DNA from: Acetobacteraceae bacterium
GTDB lineage: Bacteria > Pseudomonadota > Alphaproteobacteria > Acetobacterales > Acetobacteraceae
Reading direction: 5' to 3'
Assembly (NCBI GenBank): GCA_027482245.1
Contig: JAIXWG010000030.1
Coordinates: 7,068-71,067 of the forward strand
DNA length: 64,000 nt
A model generated the notes under the pieces. It worked only from the letters and a program-made list of their open reading frames with translations, searched no databases and was not told the origin of the DNA. The position numbers were made by a program, and so were the translations under genes. Shown piece by piece: positions 9,948 through 19,106 of the stretch (position 1 is the stretch's first letter; each line of letters starts with the position of its first letter).

Positions 9948-10925
9948 ATGCCGCAACGCCGCGCCCTTCTCGCCTCCGCCCTTGCGGGTATCGCCTTGCC
10001 GCGGCTGGCGCGCGCCCAGGCCTGGCCCGCGCGGCCGATCCGCCTGCTGCTGCCCGATACGCCGGGCAGCGGGAATGACAGCACGGCGCGCATCTTCTCC
10101 CACTACCTGGAACAGGGGCTCGGCCAGCCCGTCGCGGTGGACAATCGCGGCGGCGCCGGCGGACGCATCGGGGTGGAGGCCGCCTTCCGCAGCCCGGGCG
10201 ATGGCTACACCTGGCTGCTGGGCAATGCGGGCTCCAACGGCATCAATGCCGCGCTCTACCGCGACCTGCCCTATGACCTGGAAACGTCCTTCATCCCCGT
10301 CTCGCTGCTCGTCACGGGCCCGAACCTGCTGGCAGTGAACACGCGGGCGCTGCCCGTGAAGAGCGTGCAGGAACTGATCGCCCATGTCCGCGCACGGCCG
10401 GGGCAGATCAACTACGCCTCCGCGGGCCCGGGATCGTCGGCGCATTTCTCCATGGAGCTGTTCAAGTCGGTGGCGGGGATCGACCTGACGCACATCCCCT
10501 ATCGCGGCGCGCCGGCCATGGCGCAGGCGGCGGTGCAGGGGGATGCGCCGGTGCTGATCGGCAACCTCGTCAACGTCATGGGCTTCATCCAGCGGGGCGA
10601 GCTCACGCCACTCGCCGTCACCAGCCTGACGCGGAGCGTGGACCTGCCGGAGGTGCCGACGCTCGACGAGAGCGGGCTACGCGGCTTCGAGACACTGGCC
10701 TGGAACGCGATGTTCGCGCCGCCCGGCACGCCGGCGCCGATCGTGGCGCGCATGCTGGCCGAATTGCAGCGCGTATCGGCGATTCCGGAGGTGCGGACAC
10801 GGCTGCGGGCACTCGGCGGCGACCTTATCGCCTCACCGCCCGAGGTGCTGGCCGCGCGCGTCCGCGCTGACATCGCGCGGTGGAAGGACCTGGCGCAGCG
10901 CGCCAATATCAGGATCGACGGATGA
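9948..10925 (+). CDS. Bug/TctC family tripartite tricarboxylate transporter substrate-binding protein
   Basis: Tat-like 'QRRALL' signal; 'AWPARPIRL', 'LGQPVAVDNRGGAGG', 'HIPYRG'. Confidence 0.92.
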   Translation: MPQRRALLASALAGIALPRLARAQAWPARPIRLLLPDTPGSGNDSTARIFSHYLEQGLGQPVAVDNRGGAGGRIGVEAAFRSPGDGYTWLLGNAGSNGINAALYRDLPYDLETSFIPVSLLVTGPNLLAVNTRALPVKSVQELIAHVRARPGQINYASAGPGSSAHFSMELFKSVAGIDLTHIPYRGAPAMAQAAVQGDAPVLIGNLVNVMGFIQRGELTPLAVTSLTRSVDLPEVPTLDESGLRGFETLAWNAMFAPPGTPAPIVARMLAELQRVSAIPEVRTRLRALGGDLIASPPEVLAARVRADIARWKDLAQRANIRIDG

Positions 10926-12067
10926 TCATCGAGCGCATCGCCTTCCGCGGCCTCAACGTCACGCCCAAGACCAACTGGTGCTTCGTCGAGGTCACGACGC
11001 AGGACGGGCTGGTGGGCCTCGGCGAATGCACCCTGGCCAACCAGGAACCGCTGGTGGCGGCGGAGGTGGCGCGGCTGGACGCCACTCTGCGTGGCCAGGA
11101 TGCAAGGGCGCGCAACCGCATCGCGCGCTACCTGCCGCATGCGCCAGGTGGGCTGGTGGCGGCGACGGCGCTCTCTGCGCTCGATCAGGCGCTGTGTGAC
11201 CTGGCGGCGCAGCGGGCGGGGATGCCGGTGCATGCCTGGCTCGGCGGCGCGCTGCATGATCCCGTCACGCTCTACGCCAACATCAATCGCGGGACCAACC
11301 CGCGCACGCCGGAAGGCTTCGCCGCGGCCGCGATGCGCGCGGTGACGGAGGGCTTCGTCGCGGTGAAGCTCGCGCCCTTCGAGCCGCTGGTCTGGGAGGA
11401 TGGGCATACACCGTCCAACCGCGCCGCCTATGCGGAGGGCCTGGCCCGCATCGCCGCGGTGCGCGACGCCGTCGGCCCCGGCGTCGCCGTGATGGTCGAT
11501 GCGCATTGGCGTTTCTCGGCGGGCGGTGCCGCGGCGCTGGTGCGGGATGTCGCGCCGCTCAACCTGTACTGGCTGGAATGCCCGGTGGCGGAGGCCAATC
11601 ACCGCGAGATCGTGCGGCTGCGCGGCATGGCGAATGATCGTGGGATGCGTCTCGCGGGCGCGGAGACGCTATCGGGCCTGAGCGCCTATCGCCCGCTGAT
11701 CGAGGCCGGCTGCTACGACGTGCTGATGCCCGATGCGAAACATGCCGGCGGCATCGAGGAAATCCGCCGCATCGGCGCCCTGGCGCAGACCGCGGGGATC
11801 GAGATGGCGCCGCACAACCCGACCGGGCCGGTCTGCCATGCCCATTCCGTCCACCTCTGCGCCACCATCCCCAATTTTCTCATGCTGGAGGTGCAGTTCG
11901 GGGAGACCGAGGCCTTCTTCGACATCGTCGAGGGCGAACCTCTGCGCTTCGACCGCGGCACCGCACGCCTGCCGCAGGCGACGGGCCTTGGCGTGAAGCT
12001 GGCGGCGACGACACTGCCCGCATGGAAGCGCATGGACCGGCCCTGGCTGGACCCGAGGCTCGGGTGA
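10922..12067 (+). CDS. Mandelate racemase/muconate lactonizing (enolase superfamily) enzyme, galactonate dehydratase-like
   Basis: 'GLVGLGE', 'LDQALCDL', 'MVDAH', 'WLECP', 'GAE', 'APHNP.GP'; ATGA overlap with upstream stop. Confidence 0.88.
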   Translation: MIIERIAFRGLNVTPKTNWCFVEVTTQDGLVGLGECTLANQEPLVAAEVARLDATLRGQDARARNRIARYLPHAPGGLVAATALSALDQALCDLAAQRAGMPVHAWLGGALHDPVTLYANINRGTNPRTPEGFAAAAMRAVTEGFVAVKLAPFEPLVWEDGHTPSNRAAYAEGLARIAAVRDAVGPGVAVMVDAHWRFSAGGAAALVRDVAPLNLYWLECPVAEANHREIVRLRGMANDRGMRLAGAETLSGLSAYRPLIEAGCYDVLMPDAKHAGGIEEIRRIGALAQTAGIEMAPHNPTGPVCHAHSVHLCATIPNFLMLEVQFGETEAFFDIVEGEPLRFDRGTARLPQATGLGVKLAATTLPAWKRMDRPWLDPRLG

Positions 12068-12972
12068 TGCCGGGCTGGATCGCCTTCAGCGTCGCGGCCG
12101 CGCTGTTCCAATGCTGGCGCACGGCCATGCAGCAGCGGCTGCGGGACCAGCTTTCCGTCAATGCGGCGGGCGTCGTGCGCTACCTCTACGGCGTGCCGCT
12201 CGGCGTGGCGCTGGCCACGGGATACGGGCTGGCGATGGGGTATTCGCTGCCGGCGATCGGGCTCGCGGTGCTCGGGCTCTGCGCCGCGGCGGGGTTTCTC
12301 CAGATCCTCGGCACCAACCTGCTCATCATGGCCTTCGGCTACCGCAACTTCGCCGTCGGCACCGCCTATTCCAAGACCGAGGCGATGCAGACCGCCGTCG
12401 TCGCGACGATCCTGCTGGGGGAGCATCTCTCGCCGCTCGCCTGGCTCGGCATCGGGGTCGGCGTCGGTGGCGTGCTGTACTTGTCGCTGGCGGGGCGGGG
12501 CACGACGCCGGTGGAGCTGCTGCGCGGCGTGACGCAGCCGGCGGCACTCTGCGGCATCGGTGCCGGCTTCTGCTTCGGCTTCACCGGCGTGCTGATCAAG
12601 GCGGCGAACCAGGTGATGCCGGGCGATGACCTCATCTTCAAGGCGCTGCTGATCCTGGCGATGACGAATGCGATGCAGACGGTGATGCAGGGCAGCTACC
12701 TGGCCTGGCGGGAGCCCGCGCAATTCGTGGCCGTCTTCCGCAGCTGGCGGATCTCCGCGCAGGTCGGCACGCTGTCGGCGCTGGGCTCCGCCTGCTGGTT
12801 CTCCGCCTTCGCGCTCGCCCCCGTCGCGATGGTGCGCGCGGTGGGGCAGGTGGAGATCCTCTTCACCCTCGCCTTCTCCCGCTTCTACCTGCGGGAGAAG
12901 GCGAAGCGCGCCGATATCGTTGGCGCGCTGGTGGTGGTGTCGGGCGTCGTGCTGGTGCTGCTCGGCCGTTAG
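12067..12972 (+). CDS. DMT/EamA family membrane transporter
   Basis: About 10 hydrophobic segments; 'NFAVGTAYSKTE', 'GQVEILF'; TGATG coupling. Confidence 0.85.
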   Translation: MPGWIAFSVAAALFQCWRTAMQQRLRDQLSVNAAGVVRYLYGVPLGVALATGYGLAMGYSLPAIGLAVLGLCAAAGFLQILGTNLLIMAFGYRNFAVGTAYSKTEAMQTAVVATILLGEHLSPLAWLGIGVGVGGVLYLSLAGRGTTPVELLRGVTQPAALCGIGAGFCFGFTGVLIKAANQVMPGDDLIFKALLILAMTNAMQTVMQGSYLAWREPAQFVAVFRSWRISAQVGTLSALGSACWFSAFALAPVAMVRAVGQVEILFTLAFSRFYLREKAKRADIVGALVVVSGVVLVLLGR

Positions 12973-14360
12973 GGATCGACAGGGCTCGCCGGCACGCCGG
13001 CGGCCTCGATGGCTTCCGCGGCGGTGAAGAGCAGGTCTTCGCGGTAGCGGCCGGCGAGCAGCTGCACGCCGACCGGCACGCGGCCGACCAGGCCCGTCGT
13101 CACCACCAGGCCGGGCAGGCCCATCAGCGGCAGGCCGACCTGCGTCAGCTGCGCCTCCATGATGCGGCGGAAGCTCTCCGTCGACTCCACATCCGACTGG
13201 TCGCGGAAGGGCAGCTCCGCCGACACCGGCGTGATGGCGACCGGGTAGCGCTCGAAGAACTGCATCCAGACCCGCACGAAATGCGCGCGCTTCTGCAGCC
13301 CGTCCTGGAAGGCGTTGAGGTCGGGGATCGGGCAGAGTTCCTCCATCGCGGTGAAGATGAAGGTGGCGTCGGCATCGCCTTCCTGGTGCAGCGCGGCGTT
13401 GAGGCCGCGACGGCTCTCGGCCAGCCAGAGCATGGCCTGGATGGCGGCGGGCTCCCGCAGCGGGGGCACGTCCACCTCCTCCACCGTCCAGCCGGCGGCT
13501 TCCAGACGGCGGGCGGCGTCGCGCAGCGCGGCCTCGACCTCCGGCGTCGTCGGCATCCCCTCGGGCCGCACGCAGAGCGCGGCGCGCTTCGGGGCGGGCG
13601 GGCCCTCCGCAGGGGCATCGACCCACCAGGGATCGCGGATGTCCCGCTGGCTCATGGCGTCGAAGGAGAGGCGGAGGTCGCCGATGGTGCGCGCGAGGGG
13701 GCCGGAGACGGCCATGACCTGGCCGCCGATCGCCCGCTCCGCCCCTGACGCATTCCAGACCGGGATGCGGCCGAGCGTCGGACGCAGGCCGTGGATGCCG
13801 CAGGCATAGGCGGGGTAGCGGATGGAGCCGCCGATATCCGTGCCGTGCCCCACCGCCCCGATGCCCGCCGCCGTGGCGGAGGCCGCGCCTCCCGACGACC
13901 CGCCCGGCGTGATGGAGGCATCGCGCGGGTTCTTCGTGTGGCCATGCAGCGAGTTGCGGCAGAACCAGCGGAGGCTGAAGGCGGGCGTGTTGGTGCGCCC
14001 CAGCAGCACGGCGCCGGCCTTGCGGAAACTCGCGACGACCGGGTTGTCCTGCTTCGCGACCAGGTCCTTCTGGATGCGCAGCCCGTTGGTGGTGGCGTAG
14101 CCTTCCTGGTCGACATTCACCTTGATGGTGACGGGCACGCCGGCCATGGGGCCGGGGTCATCGCCACGGGCGATGGCGGCATCGATGCCAGCGGCCTGGG
14201 CGAGGACGTCGGCGGGGCGGTGCTCCACCACGGCGTTCAGGGCGGGGTTCACCGCATCGAGGCGCGCGAGGGCGTCCTTCGCGACCTCCGTGGCGCTGGC
14301 CTGGCGGGTACGGACCAGGGTGGCGATCTCGGTGGCGGGAAGGCGCCAGAAGGTGGTCAT
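12969..14360 (-). CDS. Amidase signature family protein
   Basis: 'GVPVTIK', 'TPGGSSGG', 'GTDIGGSIRYPA'. Confidence 0.93.
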   Translation of the reverse strand: MTTFWRLPATEIATLVRTRQASATEVAKDALARLDAVNPALNAVVEHRPADVLAQAAGIDAAIARGDDPGPMAGVPVTIKVNVDQEGYATTNGLRIQKDLVAKQDNPVVASFRKAGAVLLGRTNTPAFSLRWFCRNSLHGHTKNPRDASITPGGSSGGAASATAAGIGAVGHGTDIGGSIRYPAYACGIHGLRPTLGRIPVWNASGAERAIGGQVMAVSGPLARTIGDLRLSFDAMSQRDIRDPWWVDAPAEGPPAPKRAALCVRPEGMPTTPEVEAALRDAARRLEAAGWTVEEVDVPPLREPAAIQAMLWLAESRRGLNAALHQEGDADATFIFTAMEELCPIPDLNAFQDGLQKRAHFVRVWMQFFERYPVAITPVSAELPFRDQSDVESTESFRRIMEAQLTQVGLPLMGLPGLVVTTGLVGRVPVGVQLLAGRYREDLLFTAAEAIEAAGVPASPVDP

Positions 14361-14438
14361 GGGAAGATCTCCGCGGGCTTCACCCATTATGGCCGGCTGG
14401 CTGGCGCCGGCCAGACTGGATGCCCGGGAAAACCGCCC

Positions 14439-14855
14439 TCAGTCGATCTGGTTGGCCTGAAGGAACAGCGCCTGGGACAGGGCTTCATAGAAGCGCTGGA
14501 AGGGTGCGGGATCGGAGAGTTCGTGCTGGTTCAACTGGCCCGAAGCCCTGACGATGGTGCGAGGGCCGTTGCCGGGCCGGACGGTGACGGTGAAACGGAC
14601 AACGCCATTGCCGAAGCGGGTGGCGGAGACGGTGCCGAGGACCGGATCGGCGCGATCGACGACGAAACCGAGGTCCTGCAGGGAGGAGAGGACACCGCGA
14701 AAAACGGTGGCGCGGTCCTCGGTATCGAAGGCGCGCGTGGAGATGGCGCGCTGGGCGACCTGGCTGTTGGTGGTGGCAAGGACGTGCTGGCGGCTATCGG
14801 TCTGGCACGCCGTCAGCAACAGGGCAGCCAGGCAAAGTGACGGATAGCGCGGCAT
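14439..14855 (-). CDS. Hypothetical lipoprotein, paralogue 4 of local 'LQDLGF' family
   Basis: Lipobox LTAC; 'STRAFDT...LQDLGFVVDRAD...GTVSATR'. Confidence 0.8.
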   Translation of the reverse strand: MPRYPSLCLAALLLTACQTDSRQHVLATTNSQVAQRAISTRAFDTEDRATVFRGVLSSLQDLGFVVDRADPVLGTVSATRFGNGVVRFTVTVRPGNGPRTIVRASGQLNQHELSDPAPFQRFYEALSQALFLQANQID

Positions 14856-14859
14856 CGTG

Positions 14860-15327
14860 TCAGATCTCATGCGCGGTCAGGAAGGCGGATTGGGCGATCC
14901 GTTCGAAGAAGCCCTGGTACAGCAGCGGGTCGTCCAACGTCTCGCCCAGCGCCAGCATCGCGCCGGGGCGCGGGACGATGCGCTGGAAGGTCACGCGGAC
15001 GATCGAGGCGTTCTGGTTCGGGACGGGGCGGATGGACACCTGCGCCCGGATGCGTCCCCCCGCGATCTTGGAGCCGACGATGACACCCGCCTCGCTCTGG
15101 CTCTCCTCGATGGTGAAGCCGAGGTCCTGAAGGGCACCGAGCGCGGCCTGCATCATGAGCGACAGGCTGGACGTATCGAAGCGGCGCGACTGGCGCGCAC
15201 GCATCGCGACGGCGGATGCCGTGGGGGCAAAGGCGTTGGCCTGCTGCTCGCCGCTGGGCGGGCCGCAGGATGACAACAGCAGCGAATGCCCGGCCAACAG
15301 GCCGCAGACGGCCCGGCGTCCCAGCAT
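14860..15327 (-). CDS. Hypothetical lipoprotein, paralogue 3 of local 'LQDLGF' family
   Basis: Lipobox LSSC; 'QSRRFDT...LQDLGFTIEES...GVIVGSK'. Confidence 0.8.
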   Translation of the reverse strand: MLGRRAVCGLLAGHSLLLSSCGPPSGEQQANAFAPTASAVAMRARQSRRFDTSSLSLMMQAALGALQDLGFTIEESQSEAGVIVGSKIAGGRIRAQVSIRPVPNQNASIVRVTFQRIVPRPGAMLALGETLDDPLLYQGFFERIAQSAFLTAHEI

Positions 15328-15743
15328 CAGAAGGAGGAGGAACGGTAGGTGAAGTCCCGCACCGTCCCTGCCTCGGAGAAGCGGATGATCACGGTCAGGG
15401 CGCGCTGTGTCGTCTGCGCGGCGCCGGATCGGCCGGATACGCCGGCCAGGAACAGGGCATTCACGCCGCCGGCGGAGTTCGAATAGACCTGCTCGGTGGC
15501 GATGCGGTCATAGACCCAGGTCTCCCGCCGGCGCTCGTCGCTGGTCACCATGTTCGGCGCGCCGAGGGCGGCGGCCACTTCGGCGCCGCTCATCCCTTCC
15601 CGGATCTCCCGCTGGACGGTGCCGAGCGTGAGGCGGTCCCGCGAATCGCGGGATGCGACCTCTCGCGCATGCTCGCTGGCGGGGGTGCAGGCGGCGGCGA
15701 AAGCCGAAAGCAGCAGGGCAGCCGTGAGCCTGGCGCGAGTCAT
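15327..15743 (-). CDS. SmpA/OmlA (BamE-like) domain lipoprotein
   Basis: Lipobox AAAC; 'IREGMSGAEVAAALGAP', 'ETWVY', 'LTVIIRF..GTV'. Confidence 0.75.
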   Translation of the reverse strand: MTRARLTAALLLSAFAAACTPASEHAREVASRDSRDRLTLGTVQREIREGMSGAEVAAALGAPNMVTSDERRRETWVYDRIATEQVYSNSAGGVNALFLAGVSGRSGAAQTTQRALTVIIRFSEAGTVRDFTYRSSSF

Positions 15744-16288
15744 CGAGTGGTGTTTCCTGTGACGGGTGCGGCGGTAACGGGCGTAGCGGCACGGCTGGCC
15801 GCCGCCTGCCGTTCCCGGAGCGTGTTCAGTTCGGCAACCGGGCGCGGCGCCTCCGGCGAGGCATCCGTCGGCGGCAAGGCAGCCAGGGTCCGGCCGAGCG
15901 TTGCTTCCAGCGGCTCGAAGAAATTGCGGCGGTAGAAGTCAGGGCTGTCGACCTGGGCTTCCTGGAAGGCCGCCACGATGGAGGCATTGGCCCGGACGGT
16001 GCTGGTACCAGGGTCGCGCTGCTGCACGACGACCGCCATGCGCAGCGCCGTCTGGCGCGTAGCGGATACGGTGAGCGCGTCCGGCTCCACCCGCGTGATG
16101 CGGTAGCCAAGGTCATGCAGGGTGGCAATGACCGCGCGCATGGCGGCATCGGCATCGGCGGGCACCACGCGGGCCTGCATGGCGCGGAGTTCGACCGCGC
16201 TGCGCTGGCTGGCGATGAACTGCGTCTGCGGCGGCGCGCAGGCGGCCAGCAGCGCGACAAGACCGAAGGCGGGGAGGATGCGCTTCAT
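15740..16288 (-). CDS. Hypothetical lipoprotein, paralogue 2 of local 'LQDLGF' family
   Basis: Lipobox LAAC; 'AVELRAMQAR...LHDLGYRI...TVSATR'; Pro/Ala-rich tail. Confidence 0.8.
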   Translation of the reverse strand: MKRILPAFGLVALLAACAPPQTQFIASQRSAVELRAMQARVVPADADAAMRAVIATLHDLGYRITRVEPDALTVSATRQTALRMAVVVQQRDPGTSTVRANASIVAAFQEAQVDSPDFYRRNFFEPLEATLGRTLAALPPTDASPEAPRPVAELNTLRERQAAASRAATPVTAAPVTGNTTR

Positions 16289-16290
16289 CG

Positions 16291-16839
16291 TCAACCCTGC
16301 CTCACCAGGCCGGCGCGGACCCGGTCGAAGAAGCCGGTGGAGAATTCTGGCTCGGTCAACTGCTCCACCCGTGTGCCGCCCTTGTTGTTGGTGACGATGC
16401 GTTCGAAGGAAACGCGCAGGACGGAATCGCGCGCGCCGGCCTGCTGCGTGGACAGCGTGGCACGGATGATCTGGTCGGTGTCCCAGACCGGATCGTAGCG
16501 CGCGCCGAGAAGGGCGAAGGCGATGGTGAGCGCGACCTGGCCGACCACCTGCGGCGTCTCCACCGCGTCTCGATCCTTGGCCCCGGCCAGGACGCCGTGG
16601 CGCGCCGCGCTCTCCTCGATCGTGAAGCCGAGATCCTGCAGGACCTGCGTGGCTTCGACGAGCAGCCTTGTCTCAGGGACGCCGTCGAAGCGGGCGGTCT
16701 GCCTCTGCCGGATCGCGGCAGCATCGGGACGCGGCGCACCGATTTCGAGCGCGGCGCGATTGGCCCAATCGGGCTGCTGGCAGGCGACCAGCGGCAGCAT
16801 CAGGGGAAGGGCAAGCCACAGCCGACGGGACCGACGCAC
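16291..16839 (-). CDS. Hypothetical lipoprotein, paralogue 1 of local 'LQDLGF' family
   Basis: Lipobox LVAC; 'QTARFD...LQDLGFTIEES...GVLAGAK'; GTG start uncertain. Confidence 0.8.
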   Translation of the reverse strand: MRRSRRLWLALPLMLPLVACQQPDWANRAALEIGAPRPDAAAIRQRQTARFDGVPETRLLVEATQVLQDLGFTIEESAARHGVLAGAKDRDAVETPQVVGQVALTIAFALLGARYDPVWDTDQIIRATLSTQQAGARDSVLRVSFERIVTNNKGGTRVEQLTEPEFSTGFFDRVRAGLVRQG

Positions 16840-16914
16840 AGTTTCTATTCCGGATCATTCCTGATCCGGAGCATAGACTGACGCGAATTACACGGTCAAG
16901 TTGAGCTCAAAGCG

Positions 16915-17688
16915 TCACTTGCGAAAAACGGGCGCCCTTTTCTCCATGAAGGCGGTCCGGCCCTCCACATGGTCGGCGCTGAGGAAGCACATGGTCTGCC
17001 AGTCGCGCTCCCGCTCCAGCGCCGCGTCCAAACCCTCCGCCAGCATGCGCTTGGTCAGCGCGATGGGCAGGGGCGCCTGGTCGGCCAGGAAGCGCGCCAG
17101 TTCATGCGCCTTGGCCAGCGCGCCGCCCTTCGGCACGATCCGGTCCACCAGGCCGATGCGCGCGGCCTCCGCGCCATCGATCTGGTCGGGGTAGAGCAGC
17201 ATCTGCTTCGCGCGCGCGGGGCCGATGCGGTTGGGCAAGGTCCAGGGCAGGCCGAGATCGGCCATCAGGCCGACGCGACCGAAGCCGGCGGCGAAGCGCG
17301 CATCCTCGGCGGCGACGATGGTGTCGCAGGCGCAGGCCATGGAGAGGCCGGCGCCGACGCACCAGCCCTCCACCGCCGCCACCAGCGGGATGCGGCCGCC
17401 GATCATCAGGCGGATCATGCGGTGGGTGCGGCGCATGCGTTCCCGCCCCTGCTCCGCATCCCGCACATCCATGCCGGAGATGTCGCCGCCGGAGCAGAAA
17501 TTCCCGCCCTCCCCGGTCAGCACGATGGCGCGGATGCCGTCATCACCCTGCGCGGCCTCCAGGATGCCGAACATCTGCTCCCGCAGCGCGACGTTCAGCG
17601 CGTTGCGGCGGGACGGGTAGTCCAGCGTCAGCGTCAGCACGGCGCCGTCGCGCGCCTCCGTGACGCGGCAGATCGGAGGCGCGCTCAT
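16915..17688 (-). CDS. Enoyl-CoA hydratase/isomerase family protein (PaaG-like, Asp-type active site)
   Basis: 'NFCSGGD', 'AVEG..VGAG', 'GLMADLG'; lacks the two canonical crotonase Glu residues. Confidence 0.88.
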   Translation of the reverse strand: MSAPPICRVTEARDGAVLTLTLDYPSRRNALNVALREQMFGILEAAQGDDGIRAIVLTGEGGNFCSGGDISGMDVRDAEQGRERMRRTHRMIRLMIGGRIPLVAAVEGWCVGAGLSMACACDTIVAAEDARFAAGFGRVGLMADLGLPWTLPNRIGPARAKQMLLYPDQIDGAEAARIGLVDRIVPKGGALAKAHELARFLADQAPLPIALTKRMLAEGLDAALERERDWQTMCFLSADHVEGRTAFMEKRAPVFRK

Positions 17689-18329
17689 GAATCGGTATGC
17701 AGCGTGGCGCCGGTCTTGGCCTGAAGGTCGGCGAGCGACATTCCCGGCACGATCTCCCGCACCACGAAACCGCGGCCGCGCACCACGTCGACGACGGCGA
17801 GGTTGGTGTAGATGCGCTGCACGGCGCCATGCGCGGTCAGCGGGTAGCCGCAATTCTCGACCAGCTTCGGCCGGCCATCCTTCGTCGTGTGGTCCATCAC
17901 GACCCAGAGCCGCTTGGCGCCGGCGGCCAGGTCCATCGCACCGCCGACGGCGGGCGCGCTGTCATTCTCGCTGGTCGCCCAGTTGGCGATGTCGCCATTT
18001 TCCGCGACCTCGAAGGCGCCGAGGACGCAGAGGTCGATATGGCCACCGCGGATCATGCCGAAGCTGTCGGCGTGGTGGAAGAAACTGCCTCCCGGCCGCA
18101 GCGTGACGGGCTGCTTGCCGGCATTGACCAGCCAGGCATTCACCTTGTCCGGCGCCGGCGCGGGGCCCATGCCGAGGATGCCGTTCTCGCTGTGAAGGAT
18201 GACCTCGCGCTCCATCGGGACGTAGTCCGCGACCATGGTCGGGATGCCGATGCCGAGGTTGACGAACCAGCCCTCGGGAATGTCCTGCGCGACGCGCGCG
18301 GCCATCTGCTGGCGGGTGAAGCTGGTCAT
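17685..18329 (-). CDS. pcaJ: 3-oxoacid (3-oxoadipate) CoA-transferase subunit B
   Basis: 'VNLGIGIPT', catalytic 'HSENG', 'GGAMDL'. Confidence 0.88.
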   Translation of the reverse strand: MTSFTRQQMAARVAQDIPEGWFVNLGIGIPTMVADYVPMEREVILHSENGILGMGPAPAPDKVNAWLVNAGKQPVTLRPGGSFFHHADSFGMIRGGHIDLCVLGAFEVAENGDIANWATSENDSAPAVGGAMDLAAGAKRLWVVMDHTTKDGRPKLVENCGYPLTAHGAVQRIYTNLAVVDVVRGRGFVVREIVPGMSLADLQAKTGATLHTDS

Positions 18330-18343
18330 TGCCGTTCCTCCCT

Positions 18344-19024
18344 TCAGTTCCAAGGCGCGCCGCGCGCGACCTGGACGACGCGCTGCACGAAGATGCCGGG
18401 GGTGTGGACGTTGTCGGGCGTGATCTCGCCGAGGTCGCGGATGTTGTGCGTCTGCGCGATGGTCAGCGTCGCGGCCATGGCCATCACCGGATTGAAGTTC
18501 CGGCCGCTCTCCCGGTAGGTCAGGTTGCCCCAGCGATCGGCCTCCCAGGCCTCCACGAGGGCGACGTCGCCGGGCAGCGCCATTTCCATGATGTGCGGGC
18601 GGCCGTTGAATTCCCGCGTCTCCTTGCCCTGGGCGAGCTTCGTGCCCGCGCCGGTCGGCGTGTAGAAGGCGGGGATGCCGGCGCCGGCGGCGCGCATGCG
18701 CTCGGCCAGCGTGCCCTGCGGCACGATCTCCAGCTCCAGCTTGCCGGCGCGGTACAGTTCCTCGAACACCGTCGATCCGGCGGAGCGGGGGAAGGAGCAG
18801 ATGATCTTCCGCACGCGACCCTCGGCCATCAGCCTGGCGAGGCCGACCTTGCCGGCGCCGGCGTTGTTGGCGACGACGGTGAGGTCCTTGGCCCCCTGCT
18901 CGATCAGGCCCTCGATCAGCTCATCGGGCTGGCCCACGGCGCCGAAGCCGCCCATCAGGATGGTGGAGCCATCCTTGATGCCGGAGAGTGCCTCCGCGAT
19001 GGACTGGACGATCTTGTTGATCAT
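18344..19024 (-). CDS. pcaI: 3-oxoacid (3-oxoadipate) CoA-transferase subunit A
   Basis: 'MINKI', 'GGFG..G.P', 'ICSFPR', 'PQGTLAERMRAAGAGIP'. Confidence 0.88.
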   Translation of the reverse strand: MINKIVQSIAEALSGIKDGSTILMGGFGAVGQPDELIEGLIEQGAKDLTVVANNAGAGKVGLARLMAEGRVRKIICSFPRSAGSTVFEELYRAGKLELEIVPQGTLAERMRAAGAGIPAFYTPTGAGTKLAQGKETREFNGRPHIMEMALPGDVALVEAWEADRWGNLTYRESGRNFNPVMAMAATLTIAQTHNIRDLGEITPDNVHTPGIFVQRVVQVARGAPWN

Positions 19025-19106
19025 GCGCGCTGCCGCTGCCTCCGCCACCCAATGCCCCGGTCGGGGTGGGTCTCGGTAGCCGCTTGGGCCCGGGCCGTCC
19101 AGACGA

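Noticed and set aside
6532-10925. Binding proteins without cognate permeases as a novelty
   Set aside because: Orphan Bug/TctC and family-5 binding proteins are common in such genomes.
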